This document shows positions 1-12,715 of a DNA stretch of 64,000 bases, piece after piece. Numbering within the stretch: position 1 is the first letter of the stretch; each line of letters begins with the position of its first letter. A program made the position numbers and the translations under genes. The stretch is from Lobosporangium transversale (Eukaryota), in contig NW_019029000.1 in NCBI RefSeq assembly GCF_002105155.1, positions 62,001-126,000 of the forward strand, given 5' to 3'. The notes beneath the pieces were generated by a model, which searched no databases, was not told where the DNA came from, and saw nothing but the letters and a program-made list of their open reading frames with translations.

Positions 1-521
1 AATCTGCAATGGAACGAACCAAATTGATCGCTTGGCTGGTTCCTGGATTGGCACAAAAATAATAAAACAATGTTGCTGACAAAACACTAAAACACACGAC
101 GTATGTAATAATTATAAAGAAGGAAAAAGAAAAGACCCCCCCTCAAGTCCCTCAATTCCCTGCTCATCCATCTCTCGCCTTTTAGGTGACCTGTGCACTT
201 CATTTAGGAAAAATATGAAAAATAAATATGGTGGCTCATATCGATTATGGCCAGATCAATCTTTAATCAAATACCGTATTAATATAATATATATATTTAT
301 ATATGACATACATCCATCAATAAAGATGGTGACCATGTTGCATTAAAAAAAAAAAAAAAAAAAAAGTCAATTGCAAGAACTCGGAAGCACAAATCATTAA
401 TACATGTACACATGTATATAATATGACGATTTAAATGAGCTCTAGTTTATTAAAGCCTCACAATGCATCACACTTCTATTCTTTCTTTCAGTCTAAGTCT
501 AGAGTGAATTAATACAAACGC

Positions 522-554
<33 letters not shown>

Positions 555-1035
555 GATCAAAATACAGGGAATGCAGAGAGATTGCGTAAAAAGATAGGAG
601 GTTAAAGAGAAGAGGATCAACCTTCGATTTTAAAAAGAAACCCATAGCCTGTACATACTCAGCATCATTTCTCACGATTATTTTTTTTTTTATTTTATTT
701 TTTATTTTTCCGACTGATGAGATGCCCGAAATTGAAGAGATGACGGGAGGGCACAGTTGGAGAGAGGTATCACGAATGATCTTGCAAATAAACAGGTATG
801 CATAGTCATATCAGAGATTGCTATATAAATATATTTCATGTTCCCTTGTTCTTGGTTCATCTCTATCTTTCTCAATCTGACCACTGCCTTTGCATCATGC
901 ACATTCGATTATACTTTAGAACAAGGTCATTGGATTATTCCCCTTGTCCTCTATCATCTCATTGGCAAAGTCATCCAAGAATTAAAAGAAAAAAAATAAA
1001 AAAAATAAAAAAATAAATCATACCCATCATGATCA

Positions 1036-1066
<31 letters not shown>

Positions 1067-1962
1067 TCCAGTAAATCCTATGCTGCATATGCATGCACAA
1101 TTGTTGTTGGTGCACAAAAATATTTGATACTGACTTGGCTCGTTTGGTGTTGATGATGGTCCGAGAGGGATGGGATAATGGTCTGTTTGACCTCGTGCTC
1201 AATTTTCTGCTTTCTCTTTTTCATGCGTCCTCTTCCCCCCTTCCTTCGCAGAATCTTTTTGCCTTGTCAATTAGGACCAAACCAACAATAAGAAAAACAA
1301 ATAACTGATGATCTTCTTTCCTTTCCAATTTCATGAGCAAAAAAAAGAGAGACACAATAATAAAGTAAAGCAAGTTGTAGGGGTACAGAGGATCTTGGGC
1401 TTGGGCCACTTTTTTTTTTTTTTTTTTTTTTTTTTTCTTTCTTGCATTTACGGAAAGGAAAAGCCAATAGTCCAAGCCATGTATTAATGTTATCGCTTAT
1501 GAAATATCCCTTGCCAATATTGACAATACAGGATTTTACATGTCCATCTTGATATTGGATAATGTCAGGAACCGTTTTACAAAAAACAAACAAAAGATTA
1601 TGGATTCTCTTGATGCTATTGATAAACACCTTAGTGATTTGTTATACCTATAGTTTTGTAGCACAGGGCCCTTCAAGCATGGAACAAGTCAATAGACTTT
1701 TTTTTTTTTTTTTTTTTTTCCTTGCTGTTGGATAATAAAATGAAACATCATGAACAAAAAAAGAGTTCCCCTTCCCCTGAGGTACAAATCAGAACGATCA
1801 CCAAGGGAATTTTATTTCAGCATCGGATGTCCGGATCTTTGCTTACCGAGAAACCAGAAATTTTGCGGGGAATACAGAGGACCATGCACATGCACGCTCC
1901 ACTATTTTTTTGGCTGGTGCATGGAAAACAAAAAAAAAAAAAGCTGCTATAATAAATTATAC

Positions 1963-1993
<31 letters not shown>

Positions 1994-4754
1994 CGTAATT
2001 ATTATTATTTACTGTTGCCTGTGCATTAGCACGAGCATTCTATCCCACGATTTCCGCAAAAAAAAAAAAAAAAAAAAAAAAAAAGTATGCGATCGATCTG
2101 AAAGGAATTGATCGTTCTTCCAAAACATTGGCATTGGAATATCTATATGTATATATATGTATACAGTAATACTCTTTTTTTTTTTTCTTTAAACATTAAT
2201 ATACGCCACATTCATACTCAAAAGATATTTCCATCATTGGAAGTGCATAAAGGCATATCTATTTTTTTTTTTTCTGTTTTTTTGTCGATCAATTCTTTGT
2301 ACATTTTTTTTTTCTACCCACACTATTTTACATATGCATGTATATATATCTTACTTTTTTTTACAGGGATGGGTCTTCTAGTTTCTTGTTTGTTGTTGTT
2401 TGTTCGAAAATGTGTATATAAAGTGTTGTGTGTGTATCTGTTTTTTTTTTTTTTTTTTTGCCTTTAGCACACAATCCATCATTAAACTCATTTTAATGTT
2501 ACGTTCTTCATTTAAAATAAAAAACAGCTGACCATGTTGTGTTTCATTACGCATGGACACTTTTTTTCTTTTTTTTTTTTTTAGCACTACATGTATATAT
2601 ATTCATTGATATGTGTCTACAGTATGGACAACATGTACAACGGGCATTATTTTTCTTGTTGAATGAAAAAATGGCGCACAAGGGGCTCAATCAAATATGA
2701 CATGACATGACATGAGATGCAAGGGATAATGTTGATGAACATTGGAACATTAAACCGAGACAAGATTCATCTCTTTATACATCTTTCTTTATACATGTAT
2801 TATATTTGTATACATCTTTACATAGAAAGAACTAAAATGAAAAGAATATGAACAAGAAAAAAAGAAAAAGAAAAAGAAAAAGAGATAGTGCAACGTGTGT
2901 CGTAATGTATGAGAGCACATGAACCACACTTTCGCGCGCCTTGTGGATTTGAACAACAAAGAAGCAAGTAATAAAACACAAAAAGACCAGATGGACAGAT
3001 TTTTTTAATGAATGAATGGTAACACTAAAGAGATAAGTCTAATTCATCTAAAAAGCGACGATGGCGATGATATATATATAATGATGGAGACCAAAGGAAA
3101 TAAATAAATAAATAAAAAAAAACTCATCATCTACACAGTAACAGTTCCCATAGGATCTGGAGAATGTGTGATTTGTGAGCCTCCATTGAGGTTTATACAT
3201 CTCAATAAGGTAGAGGTTGGAGGAAAGAGTTAACGCGTAACCCAACGAACATGCACCCCATGTATTCATCCAATGTTAATTCATGCAATTAGTTTTTTTA
3301 GAAGTAAAAAAAAAAAAAAAAAATCACCGGCCTCACTTGTCTTAGTCTTTGCATCGTCTATATTTTACGGCGACTTTTTTAGCTAAGGGCAATGAGTATA
3401 CAAACCGGAAAGTGTCTGTGCCAAATGGCGATGCTCCAGTCAAAAAACCAACAGTAACTGTTCCTGCCTCTAGGTTTAATCAATGCCTTGGTTTGTTTTT
3501 GTTTGTGTGTGTGTGTGTGTTTTTTTTTTTTTTTTGCTCAACAAATTGCTCTCTCGCGTGCCTTTTTCTTCTTCTGCATCAGAGTTTTTTTTTTTACCCG
3601 CGTGGCACGTTTTCTCTCTCGACTTCCCCACCCTCTCCTTCCTTTCTTTCTTAAAAGTCCCGCAATTGACCTTTGGTTTTGTTTTTTGTTTATTTGTAAC
3701 ATACTTCGTTATCCGTTGTAGCCATCATCAACACCCACACAAAGTCCTTATTTCTGTATTTGAATAGGGTTGTTCTTTATTTGTAATTGAACGTGCTTTT
3801 TTTTTTTTTTTTTTATTTCTTTTGTATATTTGATACGAATTTATATAGATTTATGTATAATTTAATCTTCATCTTTGGTCACCTTGATCTGTGGAGTCAA
3901 AAAAGTCAAGAGAATAAAAAAAAAAAAAAAAAAAAAGAAAAAGAAAAAAGAGAGCCCAAAGAATAAGAGAAGCAACGCATGCTTTTATAGAAAGGTGCTC
4001 TCTTTCTCTCTTTCTCTTTCTCTTTTGTGTAAAAGTTTTAAAAAACGTATGACCTTTCATGTGTCGTGTTCCCCCACTCCATTGACAACAATTGGGCTGA
4101 GGTATATCTCTGTACAGAGGTACAGAGAGATCAAGAAATGCCAGATGACATCACATTCCAAAAACGCCTTGTTTAGATGTTATAAAGCTCCCATGCACTC
4201 CTGCAGCGTGCGTGGTTTTTTTTTTTTTTTTTTTTTTTTTTCTTGTAACCAACCCCATCCCATCCATATCCCATCACTACAAAGTAAGAGAGGGCGAGAC
4301 AAATAAATAAATAATATTTATATAAATATACTATATTATATATAATTAGTTACTTAACTCTTTACAACTTACCACACTAAAATGCATTTACCACAACAAG
4401 GTTATTCATCGATTTATAGACACATGGGAAGCAAGGGCACTTGGTGTATTATATATACCTTAATGATCCACAACCCACTATTATTTTAGTCCCAGGCACC
4501 CACACGGCTCTGGAGACTATCTTTCATTGCCAATTTAAAAAAATAAAAATAAAAAAGCTCATTTCACAACATATCGCGTGTCCGTGTACGTGTTGCATTA
4601 TCATATCACTACGGTTCACAAGAAGCATTGACCTCCTCTCCCTTCCTTCCCCCCGACCCAACCCTGTTTTTTTTTCTTTTTTTTCGTACTTTTCGCATTT
4701 TTCGCATTATTATTATTTTTTTTTTCTTAGACAATTCGTTTGGATATAAAAAAG

Positions 4755-4787
<33 letters not shown>

Positions 4788-4908
4788 AGGGCGCACCATG
4801 CAGCCATTTCATTCAGAAACAAATGAAAAACTTTTAATAAAAGTTGGTCTATCTTTTTTTTTATTATTATTATTACTTTTTTTTATGCAGGTTAGGTAAA
4901 GACGGCGT

Positions 4909-4972
4909 TCATGACCATGACCATGTCCATGTCCATGTCCATGTCCATGTCCATGTCCTTGTCCTTGTCCAT
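4909..4972. repeat. Degenerate (CATGTC/CATGAC/CTTGTC)n hexamer microsatellite
   Basis: About ten tandem hexamers read directly. Confidence 0.9.
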
Positions 4973-5081
4973 ATTCATTGTTTATTATCCATGTTCATGC
5001 CCATGTTCATGTTAATGTTTTACTTTTTGTGAACGCAAAAGGGCAAAGGGCGTAGAATCAATTTCCTCCTCCTTTCTTCCT

Positions 5082-5136
5082 TCCTCCTCTCTCTCTCTGA
5101 TCCTCCTCTCTCTCTGATCCTCCTCTCTCTCTGATC
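5082..5136. repeat. Three copies of a 17-bp unit TCCTCCTCTCTCTCTGA
   Basis: Direct tandem repeat read from the sequence. Confidence 0.85.
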
Positions 5137-5643
5137 ATGTTTTTTCAATATTTTGTCAAGGACTGAAAGTTGGAACGGGGATTGGTGTCTGGACAATCCT
5201 TACTTTATGATACACATCGAATCTTGGTCTTCCCTTGCTCTGGGGCGTATTGTAAAATTCCTCCTTTTTATTTGTTTATTTCATTCATTTTCCTATCCAC
5301 CCGAAAAATGGACAAATCAATCCCTTGATTTATTTCTTTTTAGAAATGATAAAGTAAGAAAGAAAGAAAAAAAAAAAAAAAAAATACCCGTTCCATTTCA
5401 TAGATATGTGTCTGTATGGGGTACGAGACTTTTTTTTTTTCCTCTTTGAAAGCATTTTAGCAATAGAGTTTTTTTTTTATTCGTCTGACCGTTATTCGGA
5501 CAAAAGAACAGACGCGTCATTTTTTGAAATCTTGTAAAACAAACAAATAAAAAAAAATAAAAAAAAAATTCGAGCCGTAAAAACGCCCAAAGAAAACTTG
5601 TTTCTCGAGTAACGGCTTTATTTTTTTTTTCTTTGTAAGTGCC

Positions 5644-5674
<31 letters not shown>

Positions 5675-5952
5675 ACAACAACTCACGAAATCATAAGAAA
5701 TATATTTATATAATATAATTTGCAAACATATTAACCTATTGACCCACTCCAAGATCCAAGAATAAACATGTATATATATATATATATATATAAAATAATA
5801 CTTGCAAAGGAAAGAGTTATTTAGACGGTTTTTGACTAAAGCACCAGTTCCCTTGTCCTCACCTTCAACTCTTCTTCTTCTCCTCAAACCTATTTTTTTT
5901 TTTTCTTTACTTTCCTGTCCATACTCCCGATAAAATAAAGAAAAAAACATTG

Positions 5953-5986
<34 letters not shown>

Positions 5987-6068
5987 AAGTAATCATGGAT
6001 CCAATTTGTTTATCCATTAAAAGCGTTGATCTTTGCACGTTGATATTTGCACGTTGATATATACTCGT

Positions 6069-6104
<36 letters not shown>

Positions 6105-6346
6105 TTCCGCAAAGGACAATGTGGTCAAAAGATCAAAAAAAAAAAAAAAAAAAAAAAAAACATCGCCTCCGATTTGTAATCTCAAATACCATCTCTTTCT
6201 CTCTCTCTCCTTCAATCAAGAAGATGGAGAGAAAAGATTGGTGGGTTTGGTGAGACCCTCCTTTATTTCAAGTCCAACCTTACAGCTTTCTTTCTTTTTC
6301 TTTTCTTTTCTTTTTTTTTTTTTTTAACGTAAGAACGGGAAAACAA

Positions 6347-6382
<36 letters not shown>

Positions 6383-6457
6383 GCGAAATACCAGTTTAAG
6401 AGTACCTAAAACCCATTTCATGTGTCAATTGATCCAGACCAAGCCTTGTGGCGTAAG

Positions 6458-6489
<32 letters not shown>

Positions 6490-6593
6490 TCCGTGCACAT
6501 CAACAACACCCTTGAATCGATACAATTTATTCAGCATCAGCATATGAGAAGCGGTATATTACCTTGCACTTAAAGGAACGTAAGACGCAGTAC

Positions 6594-6633
<40 letters not shown>

Positions 6634-7018
6634 TTTCCTTTTTGACATCCCGAGATAACGGTGGGGGGACAGGGCCACGCGAGATGTGCTGGGGCAGACA
6701 AGGACCATGCGTTATTCTTTCAGGGGTTGGAAAAAAAAAATTGCATGAAATGGTAAAAAAAACGAGGGAAAAAAAAAAAAAAAAAGGTGAGGGGTACAAA
6801 AGCCTAGGTGCTTTGTTTTTTGTCACGCGTTTCTCGACATTCAGTCTATAGTAAAAATTTGTGGCTGCTTAACACGGTCAATACTTGGTGGCAATGGTGG
6901 CGCAAACAGTTAAAAAAAAAAATTGATAAATACAATTCCAGAAATCATCAATTATGTATATAATACAAATATATTTATTTAGTTATTTTCATTACTTAGT
7001 GTTGCTTGATGAACTTGA

Positions 7019-7859
7019 TCAAATATCAATCAGGACTCCCATGCAGCAACTGCAATGCTGAATATCCCACTTTTCGGAACCACAGATAGGAGGATAATTA
7101 GAATGTGCTTGTGTATGTGCCTGTGTGTATGCATTTGTGTGGATAGGATGGGTATATTTTGTATTAATCGCTGCCTTGTGGTTCTCCACTTGGTTGGATG
7201 CTTGTTGTTGTTGCTGTTGCTGTTGCAGCGAATTGCCAAATCGCTCATCACGTGTTAATTCAGGGTTCGGTCGAATGACATGAGCTTGAATACGAGTCTT
7301 TTCATTTTTTTCTTCTTCAACACGGTTTTGCTTTTCGTTGGCAAGAGTGGTAGTAATAGCAGCTGTTGTTGGCGTTAGTGCTGCTACTGCTACTGCCGTT
7401 CCTGTATCATCACCACCATTACTATTATCATCGCTGCTATCGTTTAATTCTATTAAAACTCCCTGTTTCTCAGTTGAAGGCTGGATTACTGGTGGCAGCA
7501 ATAGACCTTTTGTAGCTGTTGGGAACGTCAGATCCTTATTGCGCTTTTGGTGTAAAATCAGCTGATGCTGAAGAAACTGATGTTGTCTTTGCATCATCTC
7601 CAACTGAAGTTCCACCGTTGCCTTTTCCTGTCTTAGTTTATCATATCCTCGCTGAAGTACTGTGATCTGATCCATCAAGAACTCGCATTTTCGTTGTTCG
7701 ATAGTCAAAGGCGCCTCTTGGTGAAATGTCGTGTTCAGTGTAAATCGGCGTTTCGGTTTCGATCGGCGAAAGTGAGAATTGACAGCCACTGACGATACCA
7801 TAGAAGCAAGCGCTTCATCATTCAACGAATAGGGGCTTTTTTCTGGTCGTTGGTACTGT

Positions 7860-7891
<32 letters not shown>

Positions 7892-9190
7892 TGGAAAGTG
7901 TTGTCTTCCTCCTTTGATCCTCAATAAGCTATCAGATTCTGTCAAAGCAGTCGCACTAGGTGACCTCCCATGCTCAATGGCCAAGAGCTGGTTTTCCTGC
8001 CCTTCTTCTTCTTCTTCTTCTTCTTCCTGCTGCATCCTCAGTTGTTGTGCTTGAGCTTTTTCTTGAAGGTACGCCAGCTGGGTCTGGACCTGAACATGTT
8101 TATGTCCCATGGCTAGGACCAGGTCCTGTAACCTTTCAACCTCATTCTTGTATCTCGCTACTACCCTCTCCAACTCCAGTGTCGTCTGTGCTGCCCGATA
8201 TCGTTCACGATCCAGATGATCCTTGATCTGATGCTTCTCATCTGTGACTTGCGCCACTTTGGCTCGCAACTCTCGGAGCTGATCAATCAGATACCGGTTC
8301 TCTTCCTGCAGCTGATCAACCTTCTCGGTTGACATCCGTAACCGTTTCAAGAACTTTGCATTATCTGAATGACATTCTGTCATTTCCAATGACAAGGAGT
8401 CTCGATCCATGGTCACCTCTTTAAGTTCTCTGCTCAACTGCTGGACTTGACTCTTCAACTGCTGGATCTCCTTCTCTTTTGTCTCATTTTGGGTACGAAG
8501 CTGAGAAGCTTCTGATTGTACTTTAGATAGTTGAACGATCGTCATTTCATGCTGTTGTTTCAAAGTATAAAGGGACTGTTGAGTGTTTGATGATTGCTGT
8601 TGAACTTGTGAAAGTCGCTTTTCTGACAGGCTAGAGGAACGTTCAGAATGTTGCAATCGGTTCTGGACTTGTGATAATTCAAATTCAAGTGCTTCACAAC
8701 GCTCTTGAAGAACTGATGATGGTAAGGAAGGATCCACAGGTGATGAGATGGCTGCTGGTAAGGATGTTGCATGTAAAGATGATGATGAACGGGTAGGCGA
8801 AGACGAAGACGAAGACGAAGACAAAGAGTAAGAAGAAGAAGAGGAGGAGGAGGAAGGGAAGTTGAGACTCTGTGATAATGTCGATAATGGCAAAGAGCGA
8901 CGAGAAGTGAGTGGCGGTAAGGGCAGTGCTGATGTTTGATACTGATTTTTATTAGTGTTATTAATAAAGTTATTTTTATTGCTGTTGTTGTCGTCGTTAT
9001 TGAGACCGAGTGGAGGAGGGCTCTGTGTTTTATCCAAACTGGTCAAGGCTGCAGAGTTATTGCCATCATTGTTGGTTATTTTCTGACCTCTACGAGGAAC
9101 AGAGGCTGTAGAGTTGACGTTTAGTGCTAGCATTGTTTTTGTCTGGTGTTGATCAGATTGCGCCAAGGTCGATGACAATTCAAATGTCAT
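7019..9190 (-). CDS. Hypothetical 723-aa coiled-coil protein with low-complexity S/N/Q/E tracts and a C-terminal CxxC motif
   Basis: Single long ORF. Heptad-like E/L/Q/K-rich central region (LQERCEALEFELSQVQNRL...ELERVVARYKNEVERLQDLV). Ends in WDIQHCSCCMGVLIDI. No family recognised. Confidence 0.85.
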
Positions 9191-9873
9191 TGCTAAAAGA
9201 CAGAATGAACTGAATGTCAGTTTATTGAGACCACATTAATCGTTTAGACTTTGCAAATCGGCTAGGAACGAATAGTGTGGTTTATAAAAAAATGAAAAAA
9301 AAAAAAAAAAAAATAAAAATAAAAAACGGCAAAGAAGTGGAATGAGTTTGTAAAAGTCTTGTTGTCTTCAATTGAAGTTCAATGAATGAACAAGAAGGAA
9401 AATAGACGTCGTTTAGTTGTATTGCATGCAGTTGCACAGATTACAAACAAAACGGAACAAATAAACTGCGCCGTCGACAGATGAATGAAATGGAAATAGT
9501 GCACCCGTGTGAGCAATTTATAAAGAACCTTTGGCAGAAGAAAGATTCGCATGTGTCTAGACTCTATACTATATACTAACAAGCCATCTTTTTTTTTTCT
9601 TCTTTACTGCGCATGCTTTATAGCGTCATTCTCGGCTCAGAAGTGAAAAAAGAAGTAGAAGGAAGAGTCGATCTCTTTAGAGTATATTTATACAAGCGTA
9701 TGTGTATGTAGAGGTGGTTTTTTTTTTTTTTTTTTTTTTTTTTCAAGATGATGTGGGAAAGCATGCATGTCATATCTGAAATTATCATCATTCAATTTTT
9801 TTTTTTTCTGTTTTACAGGTACATGATAACTCTTGCTTTTCATTCTTTATTCCTCCTTCCATTTCAACTTTTA

Positions 9874-11522
9874 CTACATCAGGCAGCGAGGTATAAAAAC
9901 ATGCACGCTCTCATCCCAAGCACAAGTAGCTACTTCTCGGTCTCTATACAAGTTGAAGTCAACTCCCAGGACAAACTCTGTGTGTGCATCATGAATTTCA
10001 ATCATGTCGCTGGTCGAGATATCCCACATACGCATAGTCATGTCATACGATGTCGATGCAATCAATGTGCCTGAATGAGGTGAGCATTTGACTTTACGGA
10101 CAGCATACTCATGTCCTCGCAAGCAATTGATCTCCCGATCGGGTCGACGCATATCCCATACTTTGATCGTATGATCTACTGACCCTGTTACCACCGTGTG
10201 GTCCTGATACTTGTTCCAATCCAGCGTCAACACTTCGTTACCATGTGCAAGGATCGTCTGAATAGGTGACGGTGAGTTGGTATCCCAGAGTTTGACTGTA
10301 TGATCTCCAGAGCAAGATGCAAACAATGTGGGTGAGTGAGGGGACCACATAGCAGAATAAACACAATGAGAATGACCCTTGAAGGTCTGTAATGATCGTG
10401 GACTATTTTGGTTCCACTAATGTTCCGATCCATAAAACATAAAAAAAAAAAAATAGTTAGTTGCTAGCTCATATTCTCCAGATGGTTGCAACCTACAAAC
10501 TATAGTAGTTATTACCAGTTTGATAGTGTTATCCCATGATGAGCTCAAAAATGTATCCTTGGTCACCAAGTTCCAGTTAACAGAAAAGACTTCCCTCTGG
10601 TGCTCATGCCAATTTTGAATTGGAAAATCCTGCGTCCAAAAAAAAAAAAAAAAAAAGAACATCACACAATAACGGTTAGTCATCTGTTTAGGTAAGGAAA
10701 TAAATAAAATTAAAAACGAATTTGTACTTACTGCCAATGTAGTATCCCACAGCTTTATGGATCCATCGCCGCTAGCAGTAACCAATTGGTTTTCATTGAC
10801 CTCACTCCAGCAGACATCGAACAGGCCATCCTGGGTATCGAAACTATTGAATGAAACCCAGTCATATTTAGTGAAATACTCAACTATTCGGTTCATCGGT
10901 CGATATCTGGTTTTTTTTTTCTCTTCTTGTTCCTGAAAGTGTATATGTTGGACTTCCTTGATAGATATTGTCTTATATGTTTGTATACTATAAAAGATTC
11001 CTTTAGGTGGTGATAATCCCAATTGGTTCACTTTGTCCGGAAATTATTTAGCTGAGCCGATCGGTCACTGAACAGATCAAAATATTCACCCATTTTTCCC
11101 CTCCACGCGAAGAAGGAGGAAAAGTAAAAAAACAAAAAAAAAAAAAATCGTTCCCATGAACTCTTGACAGTTGCCTTTGCTTCTCAATTGACTTACACTC
11201 GTTCAACCTCAATGACTCCTGCTGCTGGTCCTGCTCCAACGTTAAGAATATGAAGTCTTCCGTTTCCGACTAAACCAAAGTTAGCAGCCGTCGCTACAGC
11301 CAATTTGTGTTCAAAAAACGGACTCCATTGGACCTGTGTTCATCCGTGTCCCCCGACAAGCATAGCATCATACAAAGAAATATATATATAAAGGGTTGTT
11401 GTACATATTTAGCTTAAGCATAGTAAGAAAAGTAGTTATCGAAGTCAAGAGAAAGTCCCTCAAAGTGAGAGGTGACTTACAGCATATCCGTTGTATCCTG
11501 CGGTACGATATTTTGTAAACAT
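9874..11522 (-). CDS. PEX7: Peroxisomal targeting signal 2 receptor (WD40 protein)
   Basis: Five exons with GT-AG junctions: 11522-11481, 11333-11197, 10843-10732, 10629-10516, 10416-9874. Spliced product begins MFTKYRTAGYNGYAVQWSPFFEHKLAVATAANFGLVGNGRLHIL, then FDTQDGLFDVCWSEVNENQLVTASGDGSIKLWD and further WD repeats, matching Pex7 signature motifs. Confidence 0.95.
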
Positions 11523-11936
11523 GGGAAATTAAAGTAGATGTAGATCGTCAATAAGGCGTTTACTCCCAATTGTACACAGGGTTGAGGGGAGGAATTTTTT
11601 CTTTAATGAAGAGAAAAAAATAGGTTGAAATGAGAATGAATGAACAAAGTGAGTGAATGTGACACCGAGATTGGTAGTTTTCTGATTCGCACGTGTTGGT
11701 GCACGTGACATGATCGAAAAACGACTGAGTGTGCCATTCCCCACAGCGTGAACGCCAACAACTTAAGCTCTTAGCCAGTGCATCGATCATCGGGAAGTTT
11801 TACATACAAGCATTTTCAGAGACAGAACCACTGGACGCAAGGGTTATATTACATACTATATATTTGAATGTGAGCTCAACTCTTTTTTTTTTTTGTTTGG
11901 TGAAGTCTATTTTGAAAATGTGATAACTTTTGATCG

Positions 11937-12715
11937 TTAATCTCTATATGGTTTTATGGATTGGTGATTAAGTGGTGCTAAGGGTTCTGCATATTCTGGA
12001 TTGATATCCCATGAACCACCATCTTGGCGTGACACGCGGATCAACTGTCCGTCAGGCTCTTGCGTTGAAAACTTGGGAGAGATAAAAAAAAAAAAAAAAA
12101 AAGGTTAACACTCTGTTCAAATATAAGCAAGTACAATGATATATGATAATGAATTGATGCTGTAGCACTGTTATTACCGAGGCATTCGTTAAATGGATCA
12201 CATCATCTTCTTTGAGCTCTGGAAGCTCTGCAGGATTACTGGCATAAATGTGAACGAACCGTAATTGGTCATGCTCAAAGGTCTCACAGAGCACATCCAA
12301 ACATGAAAATCGGATCCAGTGTTCTACAAAAACATTTCCATCGAGCGTTACAAAACAAACAACAAACAAATGACAACAACAATACCAACAATATCAGTAA
12401 CGGAGCGGACAAGCAGGAATATAAATTATCGGTGTCAACATTGTGATTTGCTCTAGTGGAGTAAACGACCACACTATAGTTACTTACCTTCTCTTGTGTA
12501 ATCATATCCACAATCCCCACTTGCGTGAATGACCCGAACGTGGAGATTAAGGTCCTTTAGACAGCTTCCAAAGGTTAATGATCCAAGGGGAGTCAAGGTC
12601 TACGAAACACAAAGACAAAAACAAAATTTTTAATCGTTACAACTATTTTCTAGGTTGTACTTTTTGTAGATGTGAATATGCTTACCTTATCTGTAGATGT
12701 AATTTTTCCTGTCAT
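11937..12715 (-). CDS. Small (about 140 aa) putative single OB-fold ssDNA-binding-like protein
   Basis: Four exons (12715-12686, 12599-12488, 12323-12178, 12071-11937) join in consistent phase with GTAA donors: MTGKITSTDK-TLTPLGSLTFGSCLKDLNLHVRVIHASG...-EHWIRFSCLDVLC...FVHIYASNPAELPELKEDDVIHLTNAS-FSTQEPDGQLIRVSRQDGGSWDINPE... The OB-fold call rests on motif resemblance by eye. Confidence 0.7.

Noticed and set aside
702..6851. Many short ORFs rich in poly-Phe or poly-Lys
   Set aside because: They are translations of poly(T)/poly(A) runs, with no domains and no consistent splice structure.
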